A DNA stretch of 64,000 nt from an uncultured Gemmatimonadales bacterium. Lineage in GTDB: Bacteria; Gemmatimonadota; Gemmatimonadetes; Longimicrobiales; RSA9. Position numbers and translations under genes: made by a program. The stretch covers positions 3,954,529 to 4,018,528 of the forward strand of contig OY970192.1 in the NCBI GenBank assembly GCA_963708135.1, written 5' to 3'. Positions 9,433 to 19,230 of this stretch are shown piece after piece. Position 1 is the first letter of the stretch. Each line of letters starts with the position of its first letter. A model generated the notes under the pieces. That model was not told where the DNA came from. It ran no database searches and was given only the letters and a program-made list of their open reading frames with translations.

Positions 9433-11109
9433 TCAGCCTTCTCCGTCCCCACCCCGGCGCGCCGGGCGCTGCCGCGGCCGGCCTGGGCCCGAGGTCCCGC
9501 GCGGCTTCCCGGCGCTCGCCTGCTTCCGGTCGTAGTCCACCCGGACGCTCCGCCCCTTGAGCGTCGTGCCGTTCAGCCCGCGGATCACGCGCTGCGCCGC
9601 GTCGCTCGGCACCTCGACGATCGAGAACGTGTCGCGCACCTCGATCTTCCCTACCTCACCGCCCGGGATCCCCGCCTCGCCGGCGATGGCGCCGACCAGG
9701 TCGCCCGGTCGGATCCGGTCCCGCTCGCCCAGGCTCACGAACAGCCGGACGAACGCGCGCGGCGGCGGCGCCCCCCGCGGCTCCCCACCGCCCGCCGAGG
9801 CGGCGCTCAGGCCGCGCGAGCCCTGCGCCTCTCCGGAAGCCGCCGGCTCCCCGGGCAGCGCGCCTCGGCGCCGGAGCAGCGCGCTCGCGGCCGCGGCCAG
9901 GTCCAGCGGCGAGAGCTCGTCCACGAGCGGCCCGAGCACCAGCAGCTGCGCCTCGAGGTCCTCCTCCTCCGCCGCCTGACGGAGCTGCTCGCGGTACGCG
10001 GCCAGCGGACCCGCGGCGCGCCGCTCGGCCGCGGCCGCGCCGCGGAACGGGCGCGGCGTCATGCCGGCCTCGCGCGCGATCCGCCGCAGGTGCGGAAGCT
10101 CCCTGGCGCCGAGCAGGACCACGCCGCCCGCCCGCCCGTGGCGCGCCACCAGCTGCTCCGTGTCGAACGGCACGTCGTAGCTGACCGGCGTCCCATCCCC
10201 GACCGCCGAGGGATCCGCATCCGCTGCGGCAACGACGGCCTGGATCCCCGTCTCGCCCGCCGCGCCGATCCGGAAGCCCCGCACGGCCAGCATCTGCGCG
10301 ACCTCGGCAGCCCGTTCATCCGTCCGGCAGAACACCACGATCGGGCCGGCCAGCGTCTCCTCGTCCAGCAGCGCGGCCAGCCGCACCGGCTTCTCCTCCT
10401 CGCGCACCGTCGCGAACCCGACCGCCGCCTGGCTCTGCGCCTCCGGTGCTCCGCGCTCCGTCGGACGGGGTGGCACCCAGAGCGCCCTGCGCACGTGCCG
10501 CTCGACGAGGTCCTCCACGGCCCCGTTCACCTCACCGGTCGTGACCAGCCGCTGCGCATCCCGCGGAAGCGATTGCGTCAGCGGCTCCAGCGCGTCCAGG
10601 CCCACGAGCGCGAGCAGCGCCGACGCGCCCACCAGCACCATTGCCTCCACCCGCTCCAGCTTCAGCCCCGACACCCGCACCCGCTCGAGCGCGCCGTCCA
10701 CCGATGCGACCAGCACGTCCACCGACGGCGTCGGCGCCGCCCACCCGGGGACCAGCGCCCCGAGATCCAGGCCCGCCGCCATCGCGAACGCCGCGACCGT
10801 CTCCGCCAGCCGAGCCGCGTGCTCCTCGGTCGCGGCCACCACCAGCGCGCGCGGCGCCGGCGCCGGCCCCTCGGCACCCTCACCCTCTGCCGCTCGCTCG
10901 CCCACGGACTCCGCCAGCCGATCCAGCAGCGGCAGCGCCCATGCCGCCGTGACCCCCGAGCCCGACGACGCCTGCACCACCGCGTTGCCGCCCCGGCGGA
11001 TCACCGGCACGGCGGCGCGCTGCAGCGTCGTGGGCGCGGCGAACCCCGCAGCCTCCACCGCCCGTACCAGCTCCGGCCTGAGCCCGAGCTCCGAGAACCC
11101 CTCTGCCAT
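9433..11109 (-). CDS. DEAD-box-like protein with degenerate catalytic motifs and a DbpA-type C-terminal RNA-binding domain
   Basis: 558 aa from the ATG at 11109. The Q-motif region is kept (FAAPTTLQRAAVP). Motif I reads ASSGSGVT (no Lys) and the DEAD position reads VGAS. The PTRELA position reads ATEEHA, and the HRIGRTGR position reads ARHGRAGG. The C-terminus FVRLFVSLGERDRIRPGDLVGAIAGEAGIPGGEVGKIEVRDTFSIVEVP is DbpA-like. Confidence 0.75.
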   Translation of the reverse strand: MAEGFSELGLRPELVRAVEAAGFAAPTTLQRAAVPVIRRGGNAVVQASSGSGVTAAWALPLLDRLAESVGERAAEGEGAEGPAPAPRALVVAATEEHAARLAETVAAFAMAAGLDLGALVPGWAAPTPSVDVLVASVDGALERVRVSGLKLERVEAMVLVGASALLALVGLDALEPLTQSLPRDAQRLVTTGEVNGAVEDLVERHVRRALWVPPRPTERGAPEAQSQAAVGFATVREEEKPVRLAALLDEETLAGPIVVFCRTDERAAEVAQMLAVRGFRIGAAGETGIQAVVAAADADPSAVGDGTPVSYDVPFDTEQLVARHGRAGGVVLLGARELPHLRRIAREAGMTPRPFRGAAAAERRAAGPLAAYREQLRQAAEEEDLEAQLLVLGPLVDELSPLDLAAAASALLRRRGALPGEPAASGEAQGSRGLSAASAGGGEPRGAPPPRAFVRLFVSLGERDRIRPGDLVGAIAGEAGIPGGEVGKIEVRDTFSIVEVPSDAAQRVIRGLNGTTLKGRSVRVDYDRKQASAGKPRGTSGPGRPRQRPARRGGDGEG

Positions 11110-11291
11110 GTCCCGCTCCCCGTGGTGTCTTCCCGCTCGCTGCCCGCCCGGAAAGATAACGGCAGCGTGCGCGGACCGCCCACCCACCGCCCAAACATCC
11201 GCGCCCCCAACGTCTTGCCCCCTCGCCGGTGCGGCCCTAAGCTTCCGCCGCTACCCACCCGCCCTCAATCGACAACCAAGGCATTCCGGCG

Positions 11292-12719
11292 ATGGAACAG
11301 CTCCAGCTCTGGCTCGGGAAGGCGAGCGGCCTCATCTGGGGCCTGCCGATGATCATCCTCCTCATCGGCACCGGCATCTATCTCACCATTCTGCTCCGCG
11401 GCATCCAGTTCCGACAGCTCAAGTACTCCCTCTGGCTCGCGCTCGTGAAGCGCAAGGAGGAGGGTGCCGAGGGCGACATCTCCCACTTCGCCGCGCTCAT
11501 GACTGCCCTGGCCGCCACCGTCGGGGTCGGCAACATCGCCGGCGTCGCCACCGCCATCGCCGCGGGCGGGCCGGGTGCCCTCTTCTGGATGTGGATCACC
11601 GGCCTCTTCGGCATGGCCACCAAGTACTCCGAGGCCGTGCTGGGCGTCCGCTACCGCGAGGTCGATGCGCGCGGCAACATGGCCGGCGGCCCGATGTACT
11701 ACCTGTCGCGTGGCGTGGGCGGCCGCCTCGGCCGCACGCTCGGCATCCTCTTCGCCCTCTTCGCCTCGATCGCCGCCTTCGGCATCGGCGACATGGTGCA
11801 GTCCAACTCCGTTGCCGATGCGCTCCGCTCCTCCTTCGGCATCCGACCGCTCTACACCGGCATCATCATCGCCGTCCTCGCCGGCCTCGTGATCCTCGGC
11901 GGCATCAAGAGCATCGGCCGCGTCACGGAGTTCTTCGTGCCGATGATGATCCTCTTCTACGTCCTCGGCGGCCTCATCGTCCTCGCCATCAACTGGCGCG
12001 GCCTCCCCGACATCGCCATCTACGTCTTCCGCAACGCCTTCACACCCACCGCGCCGCTCGGCGGCTTCCTCGGCGCCACCGTCCGCGACGGCATGCGATG
12101 GGGCTTTGCCCGCGGCATCTTCTCCAACGAATCCGGCCTCGGCACCGGCGGCATCGCCGCGGCCGCCGCCCAGACCAAACATCCGGCCAGTCAGGCCCTC
12201 GTCTCCATGACGCAGACGTTCATCGACACCATCGTCGTCTGCAGCATCACCGGCTTCGTCATCATCGCCACCCACAGCTGGACCATGCTCGACCCCGGCA
12301 CCGGCACCGCGCTCACCGGCGCACCGCTCACCATGCGCGCCTTCAGCATTGGCCTGCCCGGGAACTGGGGCCACTACATTGTCTCGCTCGGCCTCGCCTT
12401 CTTCGCCTTCTCGACCGTGCTCGGCTGGGCCTACTACGGCGAGCGCGCCATTGAATTCCTCCTCGGCGCCCGCGCCATACCGATCTACCGCATCGTCTAC
12501 ATTATCGCCGCCTTCCTCGGCTGCTATGCCCTCGAGCTCCAGCACACCGCCGGCTTCCAGGCGGTCTGGTCCTTCAGCGATGTCATGAACGGCGCCATGG
12601 CCATCCCCAACCTCATCGGGCTGCTGCTCCTCTCCGGCGTCGTCGCCCGCGAGACGCGCTCATTCCTTGCCGAGGGCAGGCTCGCCCACAAGCCCGAGCC
12701 TGCCCCGGCCGGAGACTGA
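11292..12719 (+). CDS. Alanine/glycine:cation symporter (AGCS family)
   Basis: 475 aa. The N-terminal pattern is typical: [25 protein letters not shown]...[41 protein letters not shown]. It is multi-TM throughout. Confidence 0.9.
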   Translation: MEQLQLWLGKASGLIWGLPMIILLIGTGIYLTILLRGIQFRQLKYSLWLALVKRKEEGAEGDISHFAALMTALAATVGVGNIAGVATAIAAGGPGALFWMWITGLFGMATKYSEAVLGVRYREVDARGNMAGGPMYYLSRGVGGRLGRTLGILFALFASIAAFGIGDMVQSNSVADALRSSFGIRPLYTGIIIAVLAGLVILGGIKSIGRVTEFFVPMMILFYVLGGLIVLAINWRGLPDIAIYVFRNAFTPTAPLGGFLGATVRDGMRWGFARGIFSNESGLGTGGIAAAAAQTKHPASQALVSMTQTFIDTIVVCSITGFVIIATHSWTMLDPGTGTALTGAPLTMRAFSIGLPGNWGHYIVSLGLAFFAFSTVLGWAYYGERAIEFLLGARAIPIYRIVYIIAAFLGCYALELQHTAGFQAVWSFSDVMNGAMAIPNLIGLLLLSGVVARETRSFLAEGRLAHKPEPAPAGD

Positions 12720-12739
12720 GCCCGCTCCCGCCCGCTCGG

Positions 12740-12763
12740 GGCGGCCGGGCAGCCCCGGCCGCC
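12740..12763 (+). terminator. GC hairpin after the symporter gene
   Basis: GGCGGCCGGG, loop cagc, CCCGGCCGCC: a perfect 10-bp stem. No U-tract follows. Confidence 0.4.
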
Positions 12764-12824
12764 TCCGATCAGCACGGATATTGCACTCCCGGCCGGCCTC
12801 ACGAGCCGGCCAGGAGCAACAAGC

Positions 12825-13127
12825 GTGGCGCCCTACATCCTGAAGCTCTTCGTGACGGGCACGACCCCGCGCGCGGACGTCGCGATCGCGAACCTCCGTC
12901 GAATCTGCGACGAGGAGCTCAGCGGCCAATACGATCTCATCATCATTGATGTGCTGAAGGACCCCCAGGCGGCCGAGGACGAGAAGGTCCTCGCCACGCC
13001 CACGCTCATCAAGCAGCTCCCCCCGCCCCTGCGCCGCGTCATCGGTGACCTCTCCGACAAGGAAAAGGTCCTGCTCGGCCTGAACCTCCGTCCCACACGC
13101 CCCCGCACCGCGGAGCAGGGCCCATGA
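12825..13127 (+). CDS. kaiB: Circadian clock protein KaiB
   Basis: 100 aa with a GTG start 8 nt after AGGAG. The sequence [31 protein letters not shown]...[25 protein letters not shown] is a thioredoxin-like KaiB pattern. Confidence 0.9.
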   Translation: MAPYILKLFVTGTTPRADVAIANLRRICDEELSGQYDLIIIDVLKDPQAAEDEKVLATPTLIKQLPPPLRRVIGDLSDKEKVLLGLNLRPTRPRTAEQGP

Positions 13128-14671
13128 CCGACCCGGCACAGGATGGAATCAGCGTCGAGAAGCTGCCGACCGGCATCTCCAGCTTCGACATGATCGCCGA
13201 GGGCGGGCTCCCGAAGCGCCGCACGACCCTCGTCTCGGGCACTGCCGGGAGCGGCAAGACGGTCTTCGCCATGCAGTTCCTCGCCGCCGGCATCAACGCT
13301 GCCGGCGAGGCCGGCGTGTTCGTGACCTTCGAGGAGTCGCCCGACGACATCCGCAAGAACGTCCGCGGCTTCGGCTGGGACGTCCAGGCGTGGGAGGAGC
13401 GGGGCCTCTTCGCCTTCGTCGACGCCTCCCCCTCGCCCGAGACCGAGGTGATCCAGACCGGCGGCTACGATCTAGGCGGACTCCTCGCCCGCGTCGAGCA
13501 CGCCGTCCACCGCGTAGGCGCCAGCCGCGTATCCGTCAACTCGCTGGGCGCCGTCTTCTCCCAGTTCTCCGACCAGTCGATCATCCGCAGCGAGCTGTTC
13601 CGCTTCGCCTCCGCGCTCAAGCGTATGGGCGTCACCGCCATCATGACCGCCGAGCGGACCGCCGACTACGGCGGCATCGCGCGCTTCGGCATCGAGGAGT
13701 TCATCGCCGACAACGTCATGGTCCTGCGCAACGTGCTGGAGGACGAGAAGCGCCGCCGCACCATCGAGATCCTCAAGTTCCGCGGCACCAACCACCAGAA
13801 GGGCGAGTTCCCCTTCACCATCACCAGCCGGCAGGGCGTCGTCGTCATCCCGCTCTCGGCCATCCAGCTCCGGCAGAAGTCCTCCAACATCCGCATCTCT
13901 TCCGGCAGCCCCGAGCTGGATGAGATGTGCGGCGGCGGCTTCTTCCGCGATTCCGTGATCCTCCTCTCCGGTGCCACCGGCACGGGCAAGACGCTCACCG
14001 TCACGCAGTTCCTCCAGGGCGGCGCCTCGCAGGGCGAGCGCTGCCTCCTGCTCGCCTTCGAGGAGAGCCGCGAGCAGCTGATCCGCAACGCCAGTGGCTG
14101 GGGCTTCGACTTCGAGAAGATGGAAGACGAGGGGCTGCTCCGCGTCGTCTGCGACTACCCCGAGGTCGCCGGCCTCGAGGACTGGCTGATCGAGATCAAG
14201 GCCATCGTCCAGAGCTTCCGCCCCGCCCGCATCGCCCTCGACAGCCTCTCCGCCCTCGAGCGAATGGGCACGCCAAAGGCGTTCCGCGAGTTCGTCATCG
14301 GCCTCACCTCCTTCATCAAGCACGAGGAGATCACCGGCCTCTTCACCTCCACTTCCGCCGCACTCATGGGCGGCACATCGATCACTGACGGCCACATCTC
14401 CACCCTCACCGACTCGATCGTCCTGCTCCGCTATGTCGAGATGTACGGCGAGATGAAGCGCGGCATCACGGTGCTGAAGATGCGCGGCTCGATCCACGAC
14501 AAGGACATCCGCGAGTTCACGATCGACGGCGAGGGCATGCACATCGGCCGCCCCTTCCGCCACGTCACCGGCATCCTTGCCGGCTCACCCGTGCACCTCT
14601 CCCCCACCGACCTCGAGCGCGTCTGGACCCAGTTCGACTCTGACCTCGAGCGCCTCCCGCCACGCGCCTGA
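13124..14671 (+). CDS. kaiC: Circadian clock protein KaiC (double RecA-like ATPase)
   Basis: 515 aa. The ATG overlaps the kaiB stop (ATGA). CI has Walker A GTAGSGKT and FVTFEES. CII has Walker A GATGTGKT and LLAFEES. A Ser-Thr pair lies at the phosphosite position ([19 protein letters not shown]). Confidence 0.95.
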   Translation: MTDPAQDGISVEKLPTGISSFDMIAEGGLPKRRTTLVSGTAGSGKTVFAMQFLAAGINAAGEAGVFVTFEESPDDIRKNVRGFGWDVQAWEERGLFAFVDASPSPETEVIQTGGYDLGGLLARVEHAVHRVGASRVSVNSLGAVFSQFSDQSIIRSELFRFASALKRMGVTAIMTAERTADYGGIARFGIEEFIADNVMVLRNVLEDEKRRRTIEILKFRGTNHQKGEFPFTITSRQGVVVIPLSAIQLRQKSSNIRISSGSPELDEMCGGGFFRDSVILLSGATGTGKTLTVTQFLQGGASQGERCLLLAFEESREQLIRNASGWGFDFEKMEDEGLLRVVCDYPEVAGLEDWLIEIKAIVQSFRPARIALDSLSALERMGTPKAFREFVIGLTSFIKHEEITGLFTSTSAALMGGTSITDGHISTLTDSIVLLRYVEMYGEMKRGITVLKMRGSIHDKDIREFTIDGEGMHIGRPFRHVTGILAGSPVHLSPTDLERVWTQFDSDLERLPPRA

Positions 14672-14782
14672 GCCGCACGGCGCAACCGCTGATCCCACAG
14701 GCACATGCCATGCAGAAGGGAATGGCTGTCCGAGCCGTCGAACCGCTGTATTCCACGCAGGCGAAGGGACCGGACGGACCAG

Positions 14783-16942
14783 ATGAGAGAAGGCGCTGCG
14801 GCGCACCGGGTGTTGATCCTCGGCCCCGGCGACGCCGCCCGGAAGATCGAGCGAAGATTGCGCCACGCGACCTCGTCGAGCACCGAGATCACCAGCGTCG
14901 CGGCGGTGTCGGATGCGCTCGACCACCTCCGGCGCACCGGCGCCGAGCTCGCCCTGGTTCACCTCTCCGCCGCCCGCGATGGCGGCGACGTCGTCGCCGC
15001 GCTCCACGACGTGGATCCCGACCTCCCCGTGATTGCTCTCGGCCGGCGCGCCGAGGAGCAACGCCTGCGCCGCATCACTCGCGACGGTGCGGCCGAGTTC
15101 CTGCTCGATGAGGAGCTCGATGGCGACGGCGCCGCGCGCACCCTCGGCGGCGCCCTCGAGCGCTGCCGGCTGCGCCGGATCATCCAGGAGCAGGAGGCCG
15201 CCCTCGCCGTGGCCGAGGCCCGCTTCCACGCCATCATCGAGCGGACCGCCGATGGGATCGTGATCGTCGACGGCAACGGGATCACGCGTTTCGTCAACGC
15301 CGCCGCCGAGGCCCTGTTCGGGCGTGCCGCCGCGGAGGTCCTGGGCCACGATTTCGGCTTCCCCATCGTCGCCGGTGCCACGACGGAGATCGACCTCGTC
15401 CGCCGCGGCGGCGGCACCACCGTGGCCGAGCTACGCGTGGTCGAGACCACCTGGGAGGGGCAGTCCGCCGCGCTCGTCTCGCTCCGCGACATCACCGACC
15501 GCCGCCACGCCGAGGAGCGCGCCCGCCGCCTCGCCACCGAGCGTGCCGCCCGCGCCGCCGCGGAGGCGGCAGAGCGCCGCGCGCGCTTCCTGTCCGAGGC
15601 GAGCAGCGCGCTGGCCAACTCCCTCGACTACGATGCCACCCTGGGCACGCTCGTCCGACTCGGCGTGCCGTTCCTGGGGGACTGGTGCGTCATCGACGTG
15701 CTCGAGGGCGGCGGGCTGCGCAGGGTGGCGAGCGCGCACGTGGACGCCGCGGGCGAGAGTGTGCTGCAGAAGCTGGAGTCGGCGCCCCGACTCGGAGCGG
15801 ACGACAACGACACCCCCGTCGCGCAAGCGATCCGCACCGGCGAGCCCGTCCTCATCCCCGAGGTCTCGACCGAATGGCTGCTCGGGCTGGCAAAGACCGA
15901 CGCGCAGCGGGACGCGCTAGAGCGCCTCGCGCCGGGCTCGCTCCTCGTCGTCCCTCTGGTCGCCCGCGAGCGGCTGCTCGGCGCCCTGACGCTCGCCACC
16001 GGCGGCAGCCGGCGTCTCGGCCAGGCCGACCTCGAGCTGGCCCGCGAGCTCGCCCGCCGCGCCGCGCTCTCCGTGGACAACGCGCGCCTCTACCGCGAGG
16101 CCCAGGCCGCGAACCAGGCCAAGGCCGACTTCCTCGCCGTCATGTCCCACGAGCTCCGCACCCCGCTCAACGCCATCCTCGGATATGGCGACCTGATGCT
16201 CATGGGCATCCCGGACACGCTGCCCTCGCCCCTGAAGCGCCACGTCGAGCGCATCGGCCTCGCCGCCAACCACCTGCTCCAGGTCATCGACGAGATCCTC
16301 AGCTTCGCCCGGATGGAGGCGGGCCGCGAGGAGGTGCGCTTCCAGCCCGTCCCGCTCGCCCGCGTCCTCGAGGCGGTCGTCGCCGTGATCGAGCCCCTCG
16401 CCATGGACAAGGCGCTCGACTTCGAGGTACGCCTCCCCGACCGCGGCGTCGAGATCGAGACCGACACCTCCAAGCTGCGGCAGATCCTGCTCAACCTGCT
16501 GTCGAACGCGGTGAAGTTCACGGGCGCGGGACGTGTCTCGCTGCACGCTCGCGTGAAGGGGGACCACCTGGAGATGGAGGTGGCCGACACCGGGATCGGC
16601 ATCCCGGCCGAACATCACCAGAGGGTCTTCGAGCCTTTCTGGCAGGTCGAGCACGCCGCCACCCGGCGGGCCGGAGGCACGGGCCTGGGGCTGACCGTGT
16701 GTCGTCGCCTGTCCAGGTTGCTCGGTGGTGAGCTCACGCTCGAGAGCCGCGAGGGCGCCGGCTCGATGTTCCTGCTGCGCCTGCCGCTCCGCTCCTCCCG
16801 ACACGCGGACACGGCGGCGGAGGCCGCTCCCGATCCGGCCCCCGGCTTCCGCTCCCGCTCCGACCGGCCCTGGCCGCTGCGCGCCGCCGCCCGCCCCCCC
16901 GTCGCGACGCAGGCGCCGGAGGAGCCGCCGGCGCCTGCCTAG
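14783..16942 (+). CDS. Pseudo-receiver / PAS / GAF / HisKA-HATPase sensor histidine kinase
   Basis: 719 aa from the ATG at 14783. The N-terminal REC-like fold lacks the acidic pocket (VLILGPGD; ELALVHLS where D is expected). PAS region: FHAIIERTADGIVIVDGNGITRFVN. GAF-like region: FLSEASSALANSLDYDATL...WCVIDVL. H-box: FLAVMSHELRTPLNAILGYGD. G-boxes: DTGIGI, GGTGLGLTV. Confidence 0.85.
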   Translation: MREGAAAHRVLILGPGDAARKIERRLRHATSSSTEITSVAAVSDALDHLRRTGAELALVHLSAARDGGDVVAALHDVDPDLPVIALGRRAEEQRLRRITRDGAAEFLLDEELDGDGAARTLGGALERCRLRRIIQEQEAALAVAEARFHAIIERTADGIVIVDGNGITRFVNAAAEALFGRAAAEVLGHDFGFPIVAGATTEIDLVRRGGGTTVAELRVVETTWEGQSAALVSLRDITDRRHAEERARRLATERAARAAAEAAERRARFLSEASSALANSLDYDATLGTLVRLGVPFLGDWCVIDVLEGGGLRRVASAHVDAAGESVLQKLESAPRLGADDNDTPVAQAIRTGEPVLIPEVSTEWLLGLAKTDAQRDALERLAPGSLLVVPLVARERLLGALTLATGGSRRLGQADLELARELARRAALSVDNARLYREAQAANQAKADFLAVMSHELRTPLNAILGYGDLMLMGIPDTLPSPLKRHVERIGLAANHLLQVIDEILSFARMEAGREEVRFQPVPLARVLEAVVAVIEPLAMDKALDFEVRLPDRGVEIETDTSKLRQILLNLLSNAVKFTGAGRVSLHARVKGDHLEMEVADTGIGIPAEHHQRVFEPFWQVEHAATRRAGGTGLGLTVCRRLSRLLGGELTLESREGAGSMFLLRLPLRSSRHADTAAEAAPDPAPGFRSRSDRPWPLRAAARPPVATQAPEEPPAPA

Positions 16943-16949
16943 GCTAAGG

Positions 16950-17240
16950 CTAGAACACCTTGCCGCCCACGTCCTCGGGCTCGTACGGCAGCAGCGTCAT
17001 GTAGTACTGCACGTCCAGATCGAGCCGCGATGTGCGCAGCTGGTCCGTCGACGCGTGCACCAGGTTCTCCAGCCCGTGGGGGTGCACCGAGATCTTCACG
17101 GTGCCGTCGCCGCCCCGCAGCATGATGGAGTGGCGGTCCTCCGCCACCTTCTCGAGCGGGAGCCGGCCCGTGAGCACCGTCTCCGCCTTGCGCAGCGCCT
17201 CCGCGATCCCGGCGGCGGTCCTCCGTTCGTAGCTCGCCAT
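16950..17240 (-). CDS. Hypothetical protein (96 aa)
   Basis: The ATG at 17240 is preceded by GAGGACGAGGA. The sequence MASYERRTAAGIAEALRKAETVLTGRLPLEKVAEDRHSIMLRGGDGTVKISVHPHG... is of normal composition. I recognise no family. Confidence 0.5.
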   Translation of the reverse strand: MASYERRTAAGIAEALRKAETVLTGRLPLEKVAEDRHSIMLRGGDGTVKISVHPHGLENLVHASTDQLRTSRLDLDVQYYMTLLPYEPEDVGGKVF

Positions 17241-17275
17241 TCCTCGTCCTCGTCCGGCGCGGCCCCGGGAGCGCT

Positions 17276-17869
17276 TCACGCCCCTCCACCACGCTCCGAT
17301 CCCAGCACCCAGGCGCGCAGCACGCCGTACGGCTGCAGCCCCACGAGCGCCTCGTCATCCACCAGGAAGGTCGGCACACCGCCGATCTCCCGCTCCAGCG
17401 CCTCCCGCTCCTCTTCCACAACCCGCTCGGCCCACCGGTCCACGCCGAGCCCCACCCCGAGCTCCTCCCGGTCCAGCCCCGCCTCCACCCCGATCTCCAC
17501 CAGCACGTCGATCCGGCCAATGTCGCGGCCCTCCGCGAAGAACGCCCTGAACAGCGCGTCGTGCACCGGCTGGAAGCGGCCGTGCTCCGCTGCGAGCTTC
17601 GCCATCTCGTGCGCCTTCCTGGAGCGCGGCTGGACCTCCGGCTGCCGCATCCCCACGCCGAGCGCGGCCGCCAGCGGCAGGATCGTGTCGCGCCAGTGCC
17701 GCGCCAGCCACGGCGCGGCTGGATCGGGAAGCGGTACCGGCGCCGGCCTGAGCTCGTACGCCCGGTACTCCGTCTCCACCTCACCCTCCGCCCTCAGCCG
17801 CGTCAGCGCGGCCTCCGCCAGGCAGCTGAACGGGCACACGTAGTCGCTGTAGACCACCAGGCGCCGCAT
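17276..17869 (-). CDS. DsbA/FrnE-like thiol oxidoreductase family protein
   Basis: 197 aa from the ATG at 17869. The pattern MRRLVVYSDYVCPFSCLAE...GVPTFLVDDEALVGLQPYGVL is DsbA-family. The rest of the 507-aa track ORF is shadow frame. Confidence 0.8.
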   Translation of the reverse strand: MRRLVVYSDYVCPFSCLAEAALTRLRAEGEVETEYRAYELRPAPVPLPDPAAPWLARHWRDTILPLAAALGVGMRQPEVQPRSRKAHEMAKLAAEHGRFQPVHDALFRAFFAEGRDIGRIDVLVEIGVEAGLDREELGVGLGVDRWAERVVEEEREALEREIGGVPTFLVDDEALVGLQPYGVLRAWVLGSERGGGA

Positions 17870-18004
17870 CTTTGAAATCTGGCCGCCCGCCCGGGCGCCG
17901 GCAACCCGATCCGCTTGCCCGCTCCACCGCGCGCGCCGATATTCCGCCCCTGGACCCGCGGCCGAGGCCGCCGTCGCGCCGATCCCCGCATCCCCCCGAG
18001 TCCA

Positions 18005-19219
18005 ATGCATCTCAGCCAGAACGTCCGCGAACTCCAGCCCTCCGCCACGCTCACGATCTCGAACCTCGCGCGCGAGCTGCGCGCCCGCGGCCGCGACATC
18101 GTGGACCTCAGCGCCGGCGAGCCCGATCTGCCCACGCCCCGCTTCGTCCGCAACGCCGGCATCGAGGCGATCGAGCAGGGGCACACCCGCTATACCGCCG
18201 TGGCGGGAGTGCCGGCGCTTCGCGAGGCGATCGCCCTTTCGCTCTCCCGCCGCTCCCGCGCCAGGATCGATCCCGCCGGCATCGTCGTGAGCACCGGTGC
18301 CAAGCAGGCCCTCTTCAACGCCTGCTTCTCGCTCTTCGGGCCCGGAGACCGCGTGCTGCTCCCGGCTCCATACTGGACGAGCTACCCGGCGTTGATCGGC
18401 CTCTCGCGTGCCGAGCCCGTGATCGTTCCAGGCGACGAGGCTCGCTCGTTCCGCGTCTCCACCAACGACCTCGACGCCGCCTACACCCCCGCGGTCCGCG
18501 GCCTCATCCTCAACTCGCCCGCGAACCCCACCGGCGCCGTGTACTCCCAGGACGAGATCCGCGCCATCGTGGCCTGGGCCGCCGAGCACGACGTCTGGGT
18601 GCTGAGCGATGAGATCTACGGCCCCCTCTGCTACACCGGCCCGCGCGCGCCCGGCGTGCTCGACCTCGAGCCCGGCCTGCTCTCCCGCGTCGTCCTCATC
18701 GACGGCGCCTCCAAGGCCTTCGCCATGACCGGCTGGCGCATCGGCTTCTCCTATTGCGCGCCCGAGCTCGCCGCCCGCTTCGCCGCGCTCCAGAGCCATG
18801 TGACTTCCAACCCCGCCTCGCCCTCCCAGTACGCCGCCCTTGCCGCCTTTTCGGCCGATGGCCGTCGCGCCGACGCCATCGATGAGATCACCGACGCGTT
18901 CCGGCGCCGCCGCGAGCTCGTCATCCGCCTCCTCGACGAGAACCTGCCCGACATCCCCTATGTACGCCCCGATGGCGCGTTCTACGCCTTCCTGCGCATC
19001 GACGGCTTCTTCGATGAGCGCGCCGCCAGCTCCACCGCTCTCTGCGAGCGGCTCATCGAGGAAGCCGGTGTCGTCCTGATCCCCGGCGCCGCCTTCGGAG
19101 AGGACCGGTATGCCCGGCTCTCCTTCGCGGTCTCCGACGAGACGCTCCGCGAGGGCGTCAGCCGCCTCGCCCGTGCCCTCGCGGGTGCCGGCTCGCCGTC
19201 CGGCGCCGCCTCCGCCTGA
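18005..19219 (+). CDS. Pyridoxal-phosphate-dependent aminotransferase (aspartate aminotransferase class I)
   Basis: 404 aa from the ATG at 18005. Motifs: LSAGEPDLPTPRFV, ILNSPANPTGAVY, DEIY, and SKAFAMTGWRIGF (PLP lysine context). Confidence 0.9.
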   Translation: MHLSQNVRELQPSATLTISNLARELRARGRDIVDLSAGEPDLPTPRFVRNAGIEAIEQGHTRYTAVAGVPALREAIALSLSRRSRARIDPAGIVVSTGAKQALFNACFSLFGPGDRVLLPAPYWTSYPALIGLSRAEPVIVPGDEARSFRVSTNDLDAAYTPAVRGLILNSPANPTGAVYSQDEIRAIVAWAAEHDVWVLSDEIYGPLCYTGPRAPGVLDLEPGLLSRVVLIDGASKAFAMTGWRIGFSYCAPELAARFAALQSHVTSNPASPSQYAALAAFSADGRRADAIDEITDAFRRRRELVIRLLDENLPDIPYVRPDGAFYAFLRIDGFFDERAASSTALCERLIEEAGVVLIPGAAFGEDRYARLSFAVSDETLREGVSRLARALAGAGSPSGAASA

Positions 19220-19230
19220 GCGCCCACACC

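Noticed and set aside
12720-14671. A kaiA gene accompanying kaiBC.
   Set aside because: No ORF near the cluster, or anywhere in the window, resembles KaiA. Upstream is an amino-acid symporter and downstream is the histidine kinase.
17870-18799. The upstream 310 codons of the 507-aa minus-strand ORF that contains the DsbA-like gene.
   Set aside because: This part lies antisense to the well-supported aminotransferase gene and has shadow-frame composition. The DsbA-like domain starts at the ATG at 17869.
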